Shown here one piece after another: positions 25,616 through 37,729 of a stretch of 64,000 nt of DNA. Within the stretch, counting starts at the first letter, position 1. Every line of letters begins with the position of its first letter. The stretch spans positions 578,370 through 642,369 of the forward strand of contig MU053513.1 of the NCBI GenBank assembly GCA_013239625.1. The letters run 5' to 3'. The stretch comes from Lama guanicoe. Lineage: Eukaryota. Made by a program: the position numbers and the translations under genes. The notes beneath the pieces were generated by a model. The model saw only the letters and a program-made list of their open reading frames with translations. It searched no databases and was not told the origin of the DNA.

Positions 25616-25961
25616 ACCAGCACATTCAAGCATTTTCTGCTTTATTTCTCTTGCCTGTACTCAGTGACACTGAATCCTACCACCTACCTCTTAAGCCTTC
25701 AGGAACTCCCTGTTCCCAGAAGCTTCATGACGAAAATATACATCTCTGCTCTCAGGCTCAAAGATTTCTAAGCTCGCCACCTGTCTCTACAACCCAACTG
25801 TCGTTTCAGTTCAATATAAACCATCTTTTTCACTCAGAACAGAACTTCAGAGCCAATCTATTCAAATTCCTTCTTCCCTTTCCCTTTTTTCTTTCTGCCC
25901 TTTCTCCATCCCTCCCTCCTTCTTTCCCTCCCTTCTTTCTTTTATTCCCCTCCTCCTTTCG

Positions 25962-26070
25962 TATGTAGATGGGAAAATTGAATCACAGAAATAGTAGAGT
26001 GCCTGGGCCAACTCACAGTGTAATTCCTCAAGGCTCACATCTTCCAAGTCTTTGCTAGAATCCTTTTACC
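25962..26070 (-). mobile_element. MIR fragment
   Basis: 'tagatgggaaaattgaatcacagaaa...tgcctggg...cacag'. Confidence 0.5.
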
Positions 26071-26407
26071 TCTTTGCATCTCAGTTTAACACATACTCAA
26101 AACTGAAAGAAGTGAATGCCTTCAACGTAACTTTTAGCATTTTCTTTATATGTGGTGACTGTTTGGAAGATAAAAACTTGCCTTTTTATTTATTCCACTA
26201 TGCACAGGTCATTTATATCCTCACTGTTCAGATATTACAATACTGATTACATATTGACCCAAACCACGAAGGGCATTTGCCCCATTACCATGTGTCATCT
26301 TAGGAATTCGACCATGCGGTCTGGGAACCAACTCTCAAAAGGACAGGATCTTTGGGGTTACACTAAGGCAGCACACTTTCCCTTCTGTTTTATAAAATTA
26401 ATTTATT

Positions 26408-26537
26408 ATTGTATTTTTTTGGCAGGGGATGATAATTAGGTTTTATTATTTATTTTGTACAGGAGGCACTGAGGATTGAACCTGAGACCCCGAGCATGCT
26501 AAGCATGCACTCTACCACTTGAGCTATACCCTCCCCC
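26408..26537 (-). mobile_element. tRNA-derived SINE (camelid Vic-1-like)
   Basis: The reverse complement reads 'ggggagggtatagctcaagtggtagagtgcatgcttagcatg...ggttcaatcctcagtgcctcc...cctaattatc', with Pol III A and B boxes. Homologous to the copies at 35153 and 47543. Confidence 0.85.
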
Positions 26538-26607
26538 TCCTATTTTTAACCTTGATAACAAATTGACACTTTGAAATATCCTTAGCTTCAGAAAACTAGA
26601 AAATTAG

Positions 26608-26730
26608 TGTAGTAACCGTTAATGAAAAATAATATGAAAACGGCTATATGTATGTATATGACTAAACTATTATGCTGTACACCAGAAACTGACACTTTGT
26701 AACTGACTATACTTCAATAAAAAAAGAAAA
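26608..26730 (+). mobile_element. Very short 5'-truncated L1 with a perfect 16-bp TSD
   Basis: TSD 'aaaactagaaaattag' at 26592-26607 and 26731-26746; the insert is the L1 3' terminus with 'aataaa' and an A tail. Confidence 0.9.
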
Positions 26731-26799
26731 AAAACTAGAAAATTAGAATAAGCACATCTTATCTCAAAAATATTATCATATATTAAAGTTTTACTTTAA

Positions 26800-28620
26800 T
26801 CAAAATGGACAGGGTAACAAAGAGTACAGAAACTTACGGTGAAGACTAATGGTCCAGACTACTTCCCTTATCAACTTTAGTTCCACTGCCTCTGCTCTTT
26901 GAAAGACTGGGTTTGGCTCTTACAGTGTCATCTCTGTAAACCCCATAACAGACAGGACAGCATCTATTTCCTTGCCCTTATGATACAGGAACATTTACTT
27001 GCATTCTCCTCTTCTCTTCCCCTTATGGTTGACAATTATCAGTTCTATTTTAAATTCTTCTATTAGTTAACTTTTAAACTCCAGTTTCTAGTTTTGATAA
27101 CTGAAAAGTGTCTCTTGATTCTTCCTTTTGTCAGATAAGTGTGTTAGAACGTCTACATTTCCCTCAACTTTTCCTAATCCTCTTTCATTCCTCCTTCTCT
27201 CAGCTACCTGATAACATTCATACTATCCATGCAGGTCAGATTTACAATCTAAACTGTAACCACATCAAAGCCTTCTGTGAACACCGACTGACTCTACATT
27301 TAAGGATCAGTATAAACATACCTACGACTGGGCACCTACTGTCCACTGCTGGCCCAAGCAGGGGTACTGGGACTAGAGGGCCTGATTCAATCACTGCTGA
27401 GCTATATTCTAAAGAGAATGTTCTGAATGTCAATGTCAAATGGATTCTTTTTTCTTACCCTCCTTCACTTTCTCAGAATTATGCCACTTTTCAGTTCCGT
27501 GTGTACTTCATACACATTGAACCCATTTCTGCTATTCTGATGGCTGCTAAAATTATTGTTACTTTATAGCTTTTTATACCTTCATTATATTTTCACTTTT
27601 CCAGAACAGCTCCAACTTTCTGTTCTCTCAATTTCTTTTTTCTCTCTTTCCTGCACATCACTGTCTGGAGACTATTACTTCCTGCTCCCATTGGAACTAA
27701 TTTATTTCATGGAGTGCTGCAAGGTAGCATCCTGGGAATCCCTGCCCTCCTCTCTTTCTTTTTTTTTTTTCCTCCTAAGTTGTCAGATGTTTCCTTGATC
27801 TTATGCATCACTCTTTTTGTTTGTTTGTTTTACTTCTTCAGTTTGGTGGTGCACACCTCCATGTACTTCCTGAGAGAGGTTTCTAAGAGATCATATTATC
27901 CAGTCCTTGTATGTCATAAAAGGCCTTTATTCTGTCTTCATGTGTGATTGATTGATTGCTTGGTTTGATACAGAATCTGCATTGGAAATTTTTTGGTCTC
28001 AGAATATAAGTGCCTTACGGCTCTCTATAGCGTAGTTGAAAAGAAATCTGGTACCTCTCTTCTTTACCAACTTGTAGACAGATGACTTTCTGTTTTTCTC
28101 ACTCTCTCTGGAATCTTATTAAAATTATCTTTTCTTCATTCCCTGTCTTGGGAAGAAATAGAGTTAAATGCATAACTTCCAGGTCTTTGGACACAGACTC
28201 CGTGGGCTGGTATCTCAGTTCTGCCACTCACTCACTGGAAAACATGTGTCATTTACTTCACATTGTCTGTGCCAGGTTTCTCACTATAAAAGGGCGTACC
28301 CATCTCAGTGCTGCTGTGAGGATAAGTAAGCTAATACATGTGAAGAACATAAAACAGGACCTGAACGTGGCGAGTGCCATATGAATATATCCTTAATATT
28401 TCCTAGTTTATTTTCATTTCAGCTTTCATATTTTTAATCTCTTAAGAGCTCTTTCATGTTCTTGGACCCTTTTTTTGGATAGCCTGAAACTTCCCAAATG
28501 TCTCTGAGGAGATAAGTGAGGAATCTCTAAAAACTGTGTGGGGCTGTGAATGATCTTTTCCCTCTGGAACAAGTGTTTCTGTTTATTGAGTACTTTGCTT
28601 CCGTGTTGCTTGTTCTCCTC
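26800..28620 (-). mobile_element. Ancient L1M(E) fragments, interrupted by a MIR
   Basis: T-rich strand with L1ME-like motifs such as 'ttggaaattttttggtctcagaat...gttgaaaagaaatctg'. Boundaries are approximate. Confidence 0.5.
28158..28392 (+). mobile_element. MIR SINE
   Basis: 'tctcagttctgccactcact...tttacttcac...tctgtgccaggtttctcactataaaa...gtgaggataag...taatacatgtgaag'. Confidence 0.8.
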
Positions 28621-28851
28621 ATAGGCCGGTAACCTTTGGTTTTCAGTTCATCTTGAAAACAGAAGGACGTGTAGCTGGTGAGGGCTCCCTTTGCTGTTAC
28701 CGCTGGTAGGTCTCCTCCCTGAGCGGGGCAGTCTGCCTGGACACTCCGCGTGGCTGGATGCGGGTTGGGGCCTGAGGATGTATTGGTCAGCTTCACTTTG
28801 AGGGGAGCAAGCAAAGCCGAGAGTGGGGTCAAATGGGTTCCCAGCCCCCCA

Positions 28852-28871
28852 ACACACACACACACACACAC
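28852..28871. repeat. (AC)n microsatellite
   Basis: Seen directly. Confidence 0.9.
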
Positions 28872-29084
28872 ATATACCCCCTGCCAAAATGAGAAGGCAT
28901 TTATTGCAACACGCTATTAGTCACCCTATAAGCGTCGTATTTCTGCAGATGGTAGAAGTTAAAATAAGCTGATGATATAACATAGGAATCAAATATGAAT
29001 TTCAACTTTTAAGATTCTGGACTCATATAGTTTACAAAAGTTCAATCTGTTTATTTCTTTCTGTTAGCATTTCACGTTTAGGTC

Positions 29085-29285
29085 TTTTATTTATTTATTT
29101 ATTTTTAAATTTTTAAACTATACTCAGTTTACAGTGCTATGTTAATTTCTGGTGCATGGCATAGTGATTCATTTATACATATATATTCCTTTCCATGTTA
29201 TTTTTATTATAAGCCTTTACAAGGTATTGAATATAGTTCCCTGTGCTATACAGTAGGACCTTGTTGTTTATCTATTTTATATATT
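29085..29285 (-). mobile_element. 5'-truncated L1 3' end
   Basis: (TTTA)n tail followed by 'gaatatagttccctgtgctatacagtaggaccttgttgtttatctattttatat'. Confidence 0.9.
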
Positions 29286-29609
29286 CTAATAACAATGCTG
29301 CCAGTACTCGTTCAGCATTAAACTTCACAAGTTCCCTTCATATAGAATATTACTTGATCTTATGGTATTCTTAGAACAATCATTATAATCAAAAAAATAA
29401 TACATGTAAAACAGATCTTTGAAATTATAAAACACTATGCAAAATTACAAGGTGCTACTTTAGATCTTACACATATTTCTTATCTACTCTATTTAAAAAG
29501 TACATTTTATTACCAAAACTACATCACTTATTTTTGTTCTGCACTGACCTTCTCCTAAAAACTTGATTTAAAAAAAAAAGATACTAACTAGAATATGGGA
29601 ATGAGTGAA

Positions 29610-29770
29610 AATCAAAGAGACCTGGAACTCATCCCTTCCTTCAGTCTACAGACAGAGAATCAGAGACCCCACCAGGTGAAGCTGTGTCCCCAAGGTCACA
29701 GGGCCTGGGAGGGAGGCAGCCCCTGAATGGCAGGACCAAAACATCAAGCCCTCGTCCACAGCTCCTTCCC
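29610..29770 (-). mobile_element. MIR fragment
   Basis: 'tacagacagagaatcagagaccc...tgtccccaaggtcacag'. Confidence 0.55.
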
Positions 29771-31961
29771 TTTCATTGACTTTCCCCCAGATAATTTTTC
29801 ACCTAGCCCAAAATCCTAAGAGATGACATTCTTCCCTGTACTCTGGGTTTCAGAGGTTTGTAGAAAAAGGTACAAAAGAGTAGAAAGGTGGAAAGGCTGG
29901 ACAATGAGGTCCTCGTAAGTGCTCCACCCACGACAGAAACAAGCCAGAAGGCGCCCTCACCAGTGACATGACCAGGACGGCCGGTCCTCCGTCCTTTCAG
30001 GGTCATGGGCAGATGTCCAAAGCAGCCGTGCCCGCGGCCGAGCTGTGGCCCTGCACGCTGTTGCTTGCAGCGTTTCCCGCTGGAGTGTAATAGAATACTG
30101 GGGCACTATTGTATTTTTAAAGGCAATTAATATTTTATTATGCACAGACTTTTATTTGCATCATTTGGATTCCTCTTCTCTAATTAAATCTTGTGATTTA
30201 CACAAACAGAACTGCTGTTCATTAAAACTCGGCGAATTATAAAAATTAACAAATACTTGTTCAAAGGAGGCAAAAGCAGCCAAGGGTCCTATTTTTGTGA
30301 CAGACACAACTGGAGGCTCCAGAGTGAATTGAGAGCGTCTCTTATTTGAGCAGGGGCAGCGTGGCAATTATACACGAAATACCTCAGTTAAGTGGAACTG
30401 ATAGAAATTCCAGCTGTCTACGAGAGAAAGGGTAATTCTTTAAATAAATAAAGCTGGAGTATTTTATGTGTCCATGTAGGATTTCTGCTTCATGACCTTG
30501 TGTACAGCATTTTGTGTTATGGGATTTATAAATCAAGAGTGTAGTTTCAGGCGTGCGTTACCCCAACCCTGCATTTGTGGAACATTTCCTAGGGTCAAAT
30601 GAATGGTGTTCAGAAGGAACAAAGGGCTCCAAGCTTAGAAGCCCACTTGCAGAATATGTCTTGCTCGTCTTTCTATTTCTAAAGGAGCAGTTCCTAGGTA
30701 CGGTTCAGCTGGATGAGTATTATAACCAGCCCTCCCCTGGCAATATATGGAGTAAAGGAATGTACCCAGCAGGGGAAAGACAAAAGTCTCCTTGATTTCT
30801 GGAAAGACAGGAGATGGGGACTGGGTTGAGGGTCAGAAAGAAGAAGACAGGGTCCAGACAAGAAATAATCTCCATCCTAATTAAGCTGGGAAGTCTTATA
30901 GGAGCTTCGCTGGGAATAATTTGCAGTCTCCTTCCACATTACTCCCAGGGTCTCCATGTGGGGAAGAAGACAAAGGACATTAGGAAGTAGAGTGGATAAT
31001 GAACAAGAAATTGACATTATGAATTCAGCAAGAATCTGTTTTCTTTATGGCTCTTTTTCTACCCCTGGCAAAGTACATGTTCAGTCCAGTAAGTAGAATG
31101 AAAGCCAAAAGGTTCACTATGGAGAAATTCACTTTCTGGACAATGTTTCGGGGCAGCATTTACTCCGTATGTGGAGGCTACTCTGCAGGTCTCCATTTTC
31201 TATTCTTATTTGCATGGATTCTTCTCTGCATTCAATTCATACGTCACATGCGTTCTTCGTTTGTGCACCAGCAGATTAACAGAGGAAAAACTCCACATGA
31301 AATTTTTATACCAATAATTGAACATCTACCTAGGTGAATATATTTTCACCATGTAAGTGTATTTGAGACCGTTTTATGATAACTTATATTGATAAAAATG
31401 ACTTCAGGATACCTTTTTTACAAGAGCCTTGAAACACTTTTGAAATATAAGAACATACACAAATACACACCATGCCTACAACTTTATAAATTTTGATACG
31501 GGAAGTCTCCAGTGTAAAAATCTGCCCCATGAAAGCAACACCCAAGTTGGAGAGAAATAGAAACAAAGAATAAACCAAAAAAAAAAAATTTCTCTATTTT
31601 ATCACTCCCTGATGTTTCTACTACTGTTATGGCATTACTGTGGAAAATCTGAATTCTTCTAGAGAACATTCATGCTGCAAACCTGAAAAGCTTGCTTTGT
31701 GAGCCTTCCTACAAAGGAAATGTATGACGATGGCAAGGAAAGTTTCACCTATTTCAAACCGTTCTCCCAAATTCACAGTCTACCCAAGAAGGAATTGAAA
31801 ACGCTCATCCTTTTCCCCACCCTTCTCCTCTTCCTCCTCCCTTCTTCCTTCTCCTGCTTTCCCCTAAATGAGGCAGCTTTCAGGATCAATACCTAAGGCA
31901 AATGGTACCAATACGACCTATTAGTGAATTTTTCAAGCCATATAACTTTACATTTGATAGG

Positions 31962-32279
31962 TTTACACAACAGAAATAGACTCACAGACATAGAAAACAA
32001 ACTTATGGCTACCGGGGGGCAAGGGTGGGGAGGGTGGAGGGATGAATTGGGACTTTGAGATTTGCAGATACTAACTACTATAAATAAAATAGATAAATAA
32101 CAAGGTCCTACTGTATAGCACAGGGAACTCTATTCAATACCTTGTAATAGCTATAATGAAAAACAATATGAAAAGAAATGTGTAACTGAATCACTATGCT
32201 GTACATCAGAAATTAGCACAACATTGTAAACTGACTATACTTCAATAAAACAAAATTTAAAAGAAAAAATAAGAAAATA
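31962..32279 (+). mobile_element. 5'-truncated L1 3'UTR
   Basis: 'acagaaatagactcacagacatagaaaacaaacttatgg', then the G-rich tract, 'gtatagcacagggaact', 'cttcaataaaa' and an A-rich tail. Confidence 0.92.
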
Positions 32280-33235
32280 GTAAAACACCAAACCAAAAAA
32301 TGGAAATATTTATAGTGTCTGCTATATGTGTCAGGAACTGTCCTAGGCTCTAGGCAAACGACAGTGTACAGAAACCATTAATAGGCATAAATGAATTCAT
32401 TCATTGACCCACAATCAGTTCTCATTTGGTTTGTGAGTTAGAAAAGCACAAGCCATTTAACCACGAGGTGGCTGTACTGCATGAACGTCTGCTGTACAGA
32501 ACTGAAACACCACAAGAGAACATAAATGCTGGGTTCTTCTAAGTGCATGACCACAGGGATCAGGGATTAAAATGTACATTTTTAAAAAAATATTGTCTAT
32601 GTTAGTCTATACTTGCTTAATTGAATTATATAATAGTTGTGAAAGATTTTTGATGAATCAGCCGTGTTCTCATTTCCCCTGCTGCCAACGGCAAGCATTT
32701 TAGAAAAGATTGGCACGCTGTCATCAGTGCCCACAGTACAAAGAATTTGGAGAAAACGTGAGCTCACATTACTGGACTGGACACACACACTAGACTTCCC
32801 AGTCTCCACTGCACAGATTCCTGAGAGGGCCCAGCCCCCTTCCCAGCCTCATCCCTGCCCCCTCCACGACCTACCGGAATCTCTATCACTGCCACTCTTG
32901 CGCTTGCTCTGGGCTGAAGTGATAGAAAGATGACTTAGTAAGACCACCCCGGGAAGAGTCTAGTTAACCGTAAATATTTCTTGAGTATTAGTCATTTGAT
33001 TTGGCTTCTCTCCAGTACCTCCAGTCCCAGACCTTCAACCCTTTCTTTGGAGAATTCCATGAAGGACATGCCCCATGTCCAGCTGTGTAGGTTCAGCCTC
33101 GCTCAGACACTGCTGGCCAAAGAGAAGGTGTGTGGGTGAAACCTAGTCCTGTGCTGAGGCAGTCATGAACCTAGGTCCTGAATTCAGGTTTCCACCTGGA
33201 TCCCATACAATTGCTTTTATTTTCTCCTTCCTATT

Positions 33236-33681
33236 ATTTGTTTTATTTATTTATTTATTCATTTTAATTTTTTTAATTGAAGTTTGTAGTTGATTTATAA
33301 TGTTAGTTTCAGGTGTACAGCAAAACGACAGTTATATATATATACATATTTTTTTTCTTTTTAGATTCTTGTCAATTATATGTTATTGTAAGACATTGAA
33401 TATAGTTGCCTGTGCTAAACAGTAGGTCCTTATTGTTTATTTATTTTATATACAGTAGTGTGTATCTGCTAATCCGAAACTCCTAATTTTTCCCTTCTCT
33501 GCCCGTTCCCCATTGGTAGCCATAGTTTGTTTGCTATGTCTGTGGATCTATGTTTGATTTATAGATAAGATTTGTATCTTTAGTTTTTAGATCCCGCGTA
33601 TAAATGATACCATATGACATCTGTCTTTCTCTGTCTGACTTCACTTAATATGATAATCTCTAGATCCATCCATGTTGCTGC
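33236..33681 (-). mobile_element. 5'-truncated L1 3' end
   Basis: T-rich tail, then antisense L1 3'UTR through 'tctagatccatccatgttgctgc'. Confidence 0.92.
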
Positions 33682-33859
33682 CGCTTTCCTGCGTTTAAAA
33701 GGGAGGGAGGAAATGTGTGTGTGTGAAGTTATTTTTACAAATCAGCTCAGGGAAGTGTTGTGCTATTTCAAAAAATCTGTATTTTTTTCTGCTAATATTG
33801 TTTCTTAGGATATTTACCTCTTAGGAAAGGCACCAACATGAGGACCAGGTTACTCATCC

Positions 33860-34140
33860 CAACCACAGCTGGTGGGACGGGAGCACGTAAGGACTGAGAT
33901 ATGCTTGCTGGCGCTGCCAGTTTAGCTTTGCAACTGATGACGAGAGTTCTGTAATTTCAGTAAGCGTTCTTTCCTGGCAGCGATTCGACTCGTTGGGATT
34001 CAGAAGCGGCCCCCTGTGCCGTCTCGCGCTGACTGCGGCGTCCTCTCGGCCTCTCCCTCGGCAGGACCGGCCTGGGAGAGCAGGGACTGTGTTGTCCAGG
34101 CCACAGCAAGAGCCGGAAATTCACACCGCTGCCTGTCATG
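33860..34140. promoter_or_regulatory. Small CpG-rich patch (candidate enhancer or minor promoter)
   Basis: Many CpGs in non-repeat sequence, including an ETS-like 'ccggaaat' (~34113-34120). Confidence 0.4.
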
Positions 34141-34599
34141 CTGATTTGCACACAGCTCACCTTTCTGCTTTCAGCTTGATGGCTTTGGGGAGTGGGAGGG
34201 AACAGTAATAAAAAATAAATAAAGTAGATTTAAGTGTTTTTCTTTTCAGCCTTTGTACTTAGAATTCTTGAACTGAATTCAGAAAGAATGGATCAAAGTG
34301 CGAGGGCCCGGCCCTTTGCATGCAGCACTTTATAACAGCGGACTTCAAAGGTAAAGAACTGTCGTTGGCCTCTTGGAAATGTGTGTCATAGTTTGCATCT
34401 TCTGGGACTTGGGGTATGATGATAGGGGCATGTGCCAGCACACAGCACCATGGCAATGCTTCTCTGCTGCCCTAAAAGTGAAAAGTCATCACTGACCATG
34501 CTGGATTCCCACAAACGCACAGAATAACAATGACATTGGAATTGATAAAATAAATCATAATATTAGCAATAACAAAAATATCTAATTATGATAAATATT

Positions 34600-34760
34600 C
34601 TACATTCATTATCACATGAATTACTCAGCACAGCTCTGTGAGGCAGGAGTACTAATGCTATTTTAGAGATGAATAAACTGAAGCTGAGCGGTTGAGTAAG
34701 TAGCCCAGGTTTTACAACTAAAAAGAAAAGGAGATGAGCAAAGGAAGTAAGGTTTGAATT
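34600..34760 (-). mobile_element. MIR, interrupted by L1 and SINE insertions
   Basis: 'ctctgtgaggcagg...ctattttagagatgaataaactgaagctg...gcccaggtt...ggtttgaattca'. Confidence 0.7.
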
Positions 34761-35141
34761 CAAATTCTTTTCCACTACAGATTATTGTAAGGTACTGAAT
34801 ATAGCTGCCTGTGGTATACAGTGGGACCTTGTTCATTCTATACACAGTAGTGTGTATCTGCTAATCCCACACTCCTACTTTGTCCCCCTGCCACTTTCCC
34901 TTTTGGTAACCATAAGTCTGTTTCCTATGTCTGAGTCTCTTTCTGTTTCATAAATGAGTTCATTTGTGTCATTTTTTATAGATTCCATATATAAGTGGTA
35001 TCGTATGACATATGTCATATATATGTGTGTGTGTGTGTATGTTTATATATATACACATATACATATATATAAAAAACTGAATCACTATGCTGTATACCAG
35101 AAACTAACACAACATTGTAAATCAACTTTATTAAAAAAAAA
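34759..35141 (+). mobile_element. 5'-inverted, truncated L1 (antisense to ~35010, then sense with A tail)
   Basis: Antisense 3'UTR 'ttcaaattcttttccac...agattccatatataagtg', followed by sense 'aactgaatcactatgctgtataccagaaactaacacaacattgtaaatcaact' and an A run. Confidence 0.85.
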
Positions 35142-35152
35142 CCCCACAATTT

Positions 35153-35292
35153 GGGGGGGAGGGTATAGCTCACTGGTAGAGTGCATGCCTGGCATGCATG
35201 GGGTCCTGGATCCAACCCCCAGTACCTCCATTAGAAAGAAAGAAATAAACCTAATTACCTCCCCCAACAAGAAACCAAACAAACAAAAAAAA
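35153..35292 (+). mobile_element. tRNA-derived SINE (camelid Vic-1-like)
   Basis: 'gggagggtatagctcactggtagagtgcatgc...ggtcctgg...ccccagtacctcc...aaacctaattacctcccc' with an A-rich tail; 'acaatttgg' occurs on both sides. Confidence 0.88.
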
Positions 35293-36344
35293 CAATTTGG
35301 ATTCAGATCAGAAGTACCTGCTGTATGATTTCATATGTTTTCACATATGTTTTGATAACAAACAAAAACAAAACATGAAAACAGGTAGAGAAATGCCTCA
35401 GAGACTTGGTAATAATTACCACAGAAGTGGCACATCACGTGTCTGGTCCGCTTTTTACCTAGGGGACACCCCAACCTGCCACCAAGGGAAGAGCGATGAC
35501 AACCATTCTATTCACTGTAGAGAAGCAGATCTCCCTCCAGTTAAACGCTTTCTAAGATACTTGGCTTTGCTCAGAGCCAGTGTCACTACTTTCCACGGGG
35601 AATTTCAGAGTGCAATAAAGGACTTTTAATTAAGCTGCAACATCGTATCTAGTATGCCTTGACTATTTACACTGAACACTGTTGATGCGGCAGAATGTCT
35701 CTGTTTCTTTTCCCTACTAGTTTCTCAAGGAAGGTGAAAGCATGCTGGCAAACAGAACAAAAAGAAGTAAATAAAGAGGTGGTGGTTCTCTGCCCGCTTC
35801 CACGCTCAGGATTCTAGTTTATGCAAAACGGCGATGGCTTGGCTTGTCCATCGGAGCCCGACTCTCTGCATCTTCCAAGGGTCTGCTCCTTGGCCCTTGG
35901 TGCCCCTGGAGGCGCCCCAGCGCGCACCTCTGGTGTACTTATTCCCTTCTGCTTCTGCATGCTGACACCTAGACAGACTCCTCTGCTGACGGAAATGGGT
36001 TTTTAAAGAGTTCAAGACCCTTTTGTAATGAGTGGCAACATTGAATGTAAACAAGACTCACTCTACACCGATAAGCTATGCTTACTTAGACAAGAAGACT
36101 ATTATAAATGATATTTTGTTAGTGTTCTCCAGGAACTAAGCATCTTTTAACAATTGGACTAGGAATCCTCTGCCCTAAATTTACTGGTGAGAGAGAGAGA
36201 GAGAGATGATCAGCATACTGCATCAAGGGCAAACAACAAATTTCCAGTGACAAAGCTTTCTTGTCCTAAGCTATTCGTTTCCTCACTCAGGGACTCCAGG
36301 AATTCTCCAAGCCCATGAAGTATATTTTAGATGAAAAAATAATA

Positions 36345-36540
36345 GTAATTTGAGGTTCTGAATTCCAGTGCTATTTCTATCATTGGTTAGCCTTGTGAAC
36401 TTAAGCAAATCATTGCTAATATTTTCTTTTCTGAAAATGTGGTCAAATAATACATGTCAGATAACCCTTTGGGGACATGGAAGGTATCAAATGAGAAATT
36501 TTTGTGAAAATATCTCTGAACTGTGATGATGCATGAAAAA
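36345..36540 (+). mobile_element. Degenerate MIR
   Basis: 'ggttctgaattccagtgct...gtgaacttaagcaaatca...tctgaaaatg...atcaaatgagaaa'. Confidence 0.55.
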
Positions 36541-37729
36541 TACACATTGCTATTTGTCATCCAAAATATGTGTAAAAATTGTGATGGAGTACTAGGAAGG
36601 AAATCCTGGATTTGTGAAGGAAGGGGAAATTGCTATGCATAACCAATTTAGTTTCAAGTCTTAGATTATTATAAACCTTATGCATTGGGATGAGCAAAAT
36701 AATCACCAGGGATAAGTTGATTATTCTAAAAGCTGAGGGTTAATTCCAAGAAGTCAGTATTGAGCAGAACTGGGGCATTATAAATGTCACAACAGAGGGC
36801 ATGTAACGGCAAGGAGGGTGCATGGCACTCTCCAAGCATTCTACTTGAATAGAAAAAGTTTTAATCAAGGGAGTTGAAAGGACTGCTCAGTTGGGATGAT
36901 GAGCTGATTAATGTTTCTATAAAATTGGCTGAACAGCCTAGAGAGTTTTGTTCTCGAAGTTAAGAACATGTGAGAAAACAAGACTTTAAAAAACTACCAG
37001 CTCTCATTTAAAAATCTGCTCAGCTCTCAAAGTTTTAAGAGCCCGCTAGTGTGCCGAACAGACTGTCGCCTATGACACCTTATATGTCCTTCCACTAAGT
37101 GCTAAAGTACTGATTTAATCAAACATGATAGTACTATTTAAAATGGACTTGGAATTTAATGTTAATCCTGTTGTTTCTTTTGTCCTACAACCCAATCTAA
37201 ATATTTAGCAGTCATAATTAGAAGTTTTAATAGAGTAACTTAAGGAAAAGAATTACTGAGCACACATCTAAATTTAGACATTTTTTAAACAAGCTGTCTT
37301 TAATAAAAATAATATCTATTTCATCCTATTTCCATTAGATAAATCACTTGATTCTCTATTCAATAACTTATTGTCTCAATCTTATTTTTAAAAAACCCAA
37401 TAATCTATAGATAAGAGATATGCAAAATATTTGTGAGTAAAATAAGAGAGAAAATATTTTCTTTCTTTAATCTATGTCTTTAAAATGTACAAGGAGGTAG
37501 GTCAAATCAAACGTAATTGTCTGGGCCTCATTCTCTAATGGATAGACTTTTACACCTTAGACCTAATGTGTATACATAGGCCTCTGCGAAATAGCATGGT
37601 TTGTGAGCTAATGATGTGCACTGCTAAATATTTTTACATCAGGGTGACATTTATAAATTATATTTTAATATTACAATTATTTTAGATGATTGCCCCCGAA
37701 GCCCTTTTATTTTTAGAAAATATAAAGCC

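Noticed and set aside
32014..32041. G-quadruplex-like G tract
   Set aside because: This is the usual G-rich tract of the L1 3'UTR, not a locus-specific feature.
35153..35230. tRNA-like sequence (also at 26460-26537 and 47543-47615)
   Set aside because: These are SINE heads with SINE bodies, tails and flanking repeats, not intact tRNA genes.
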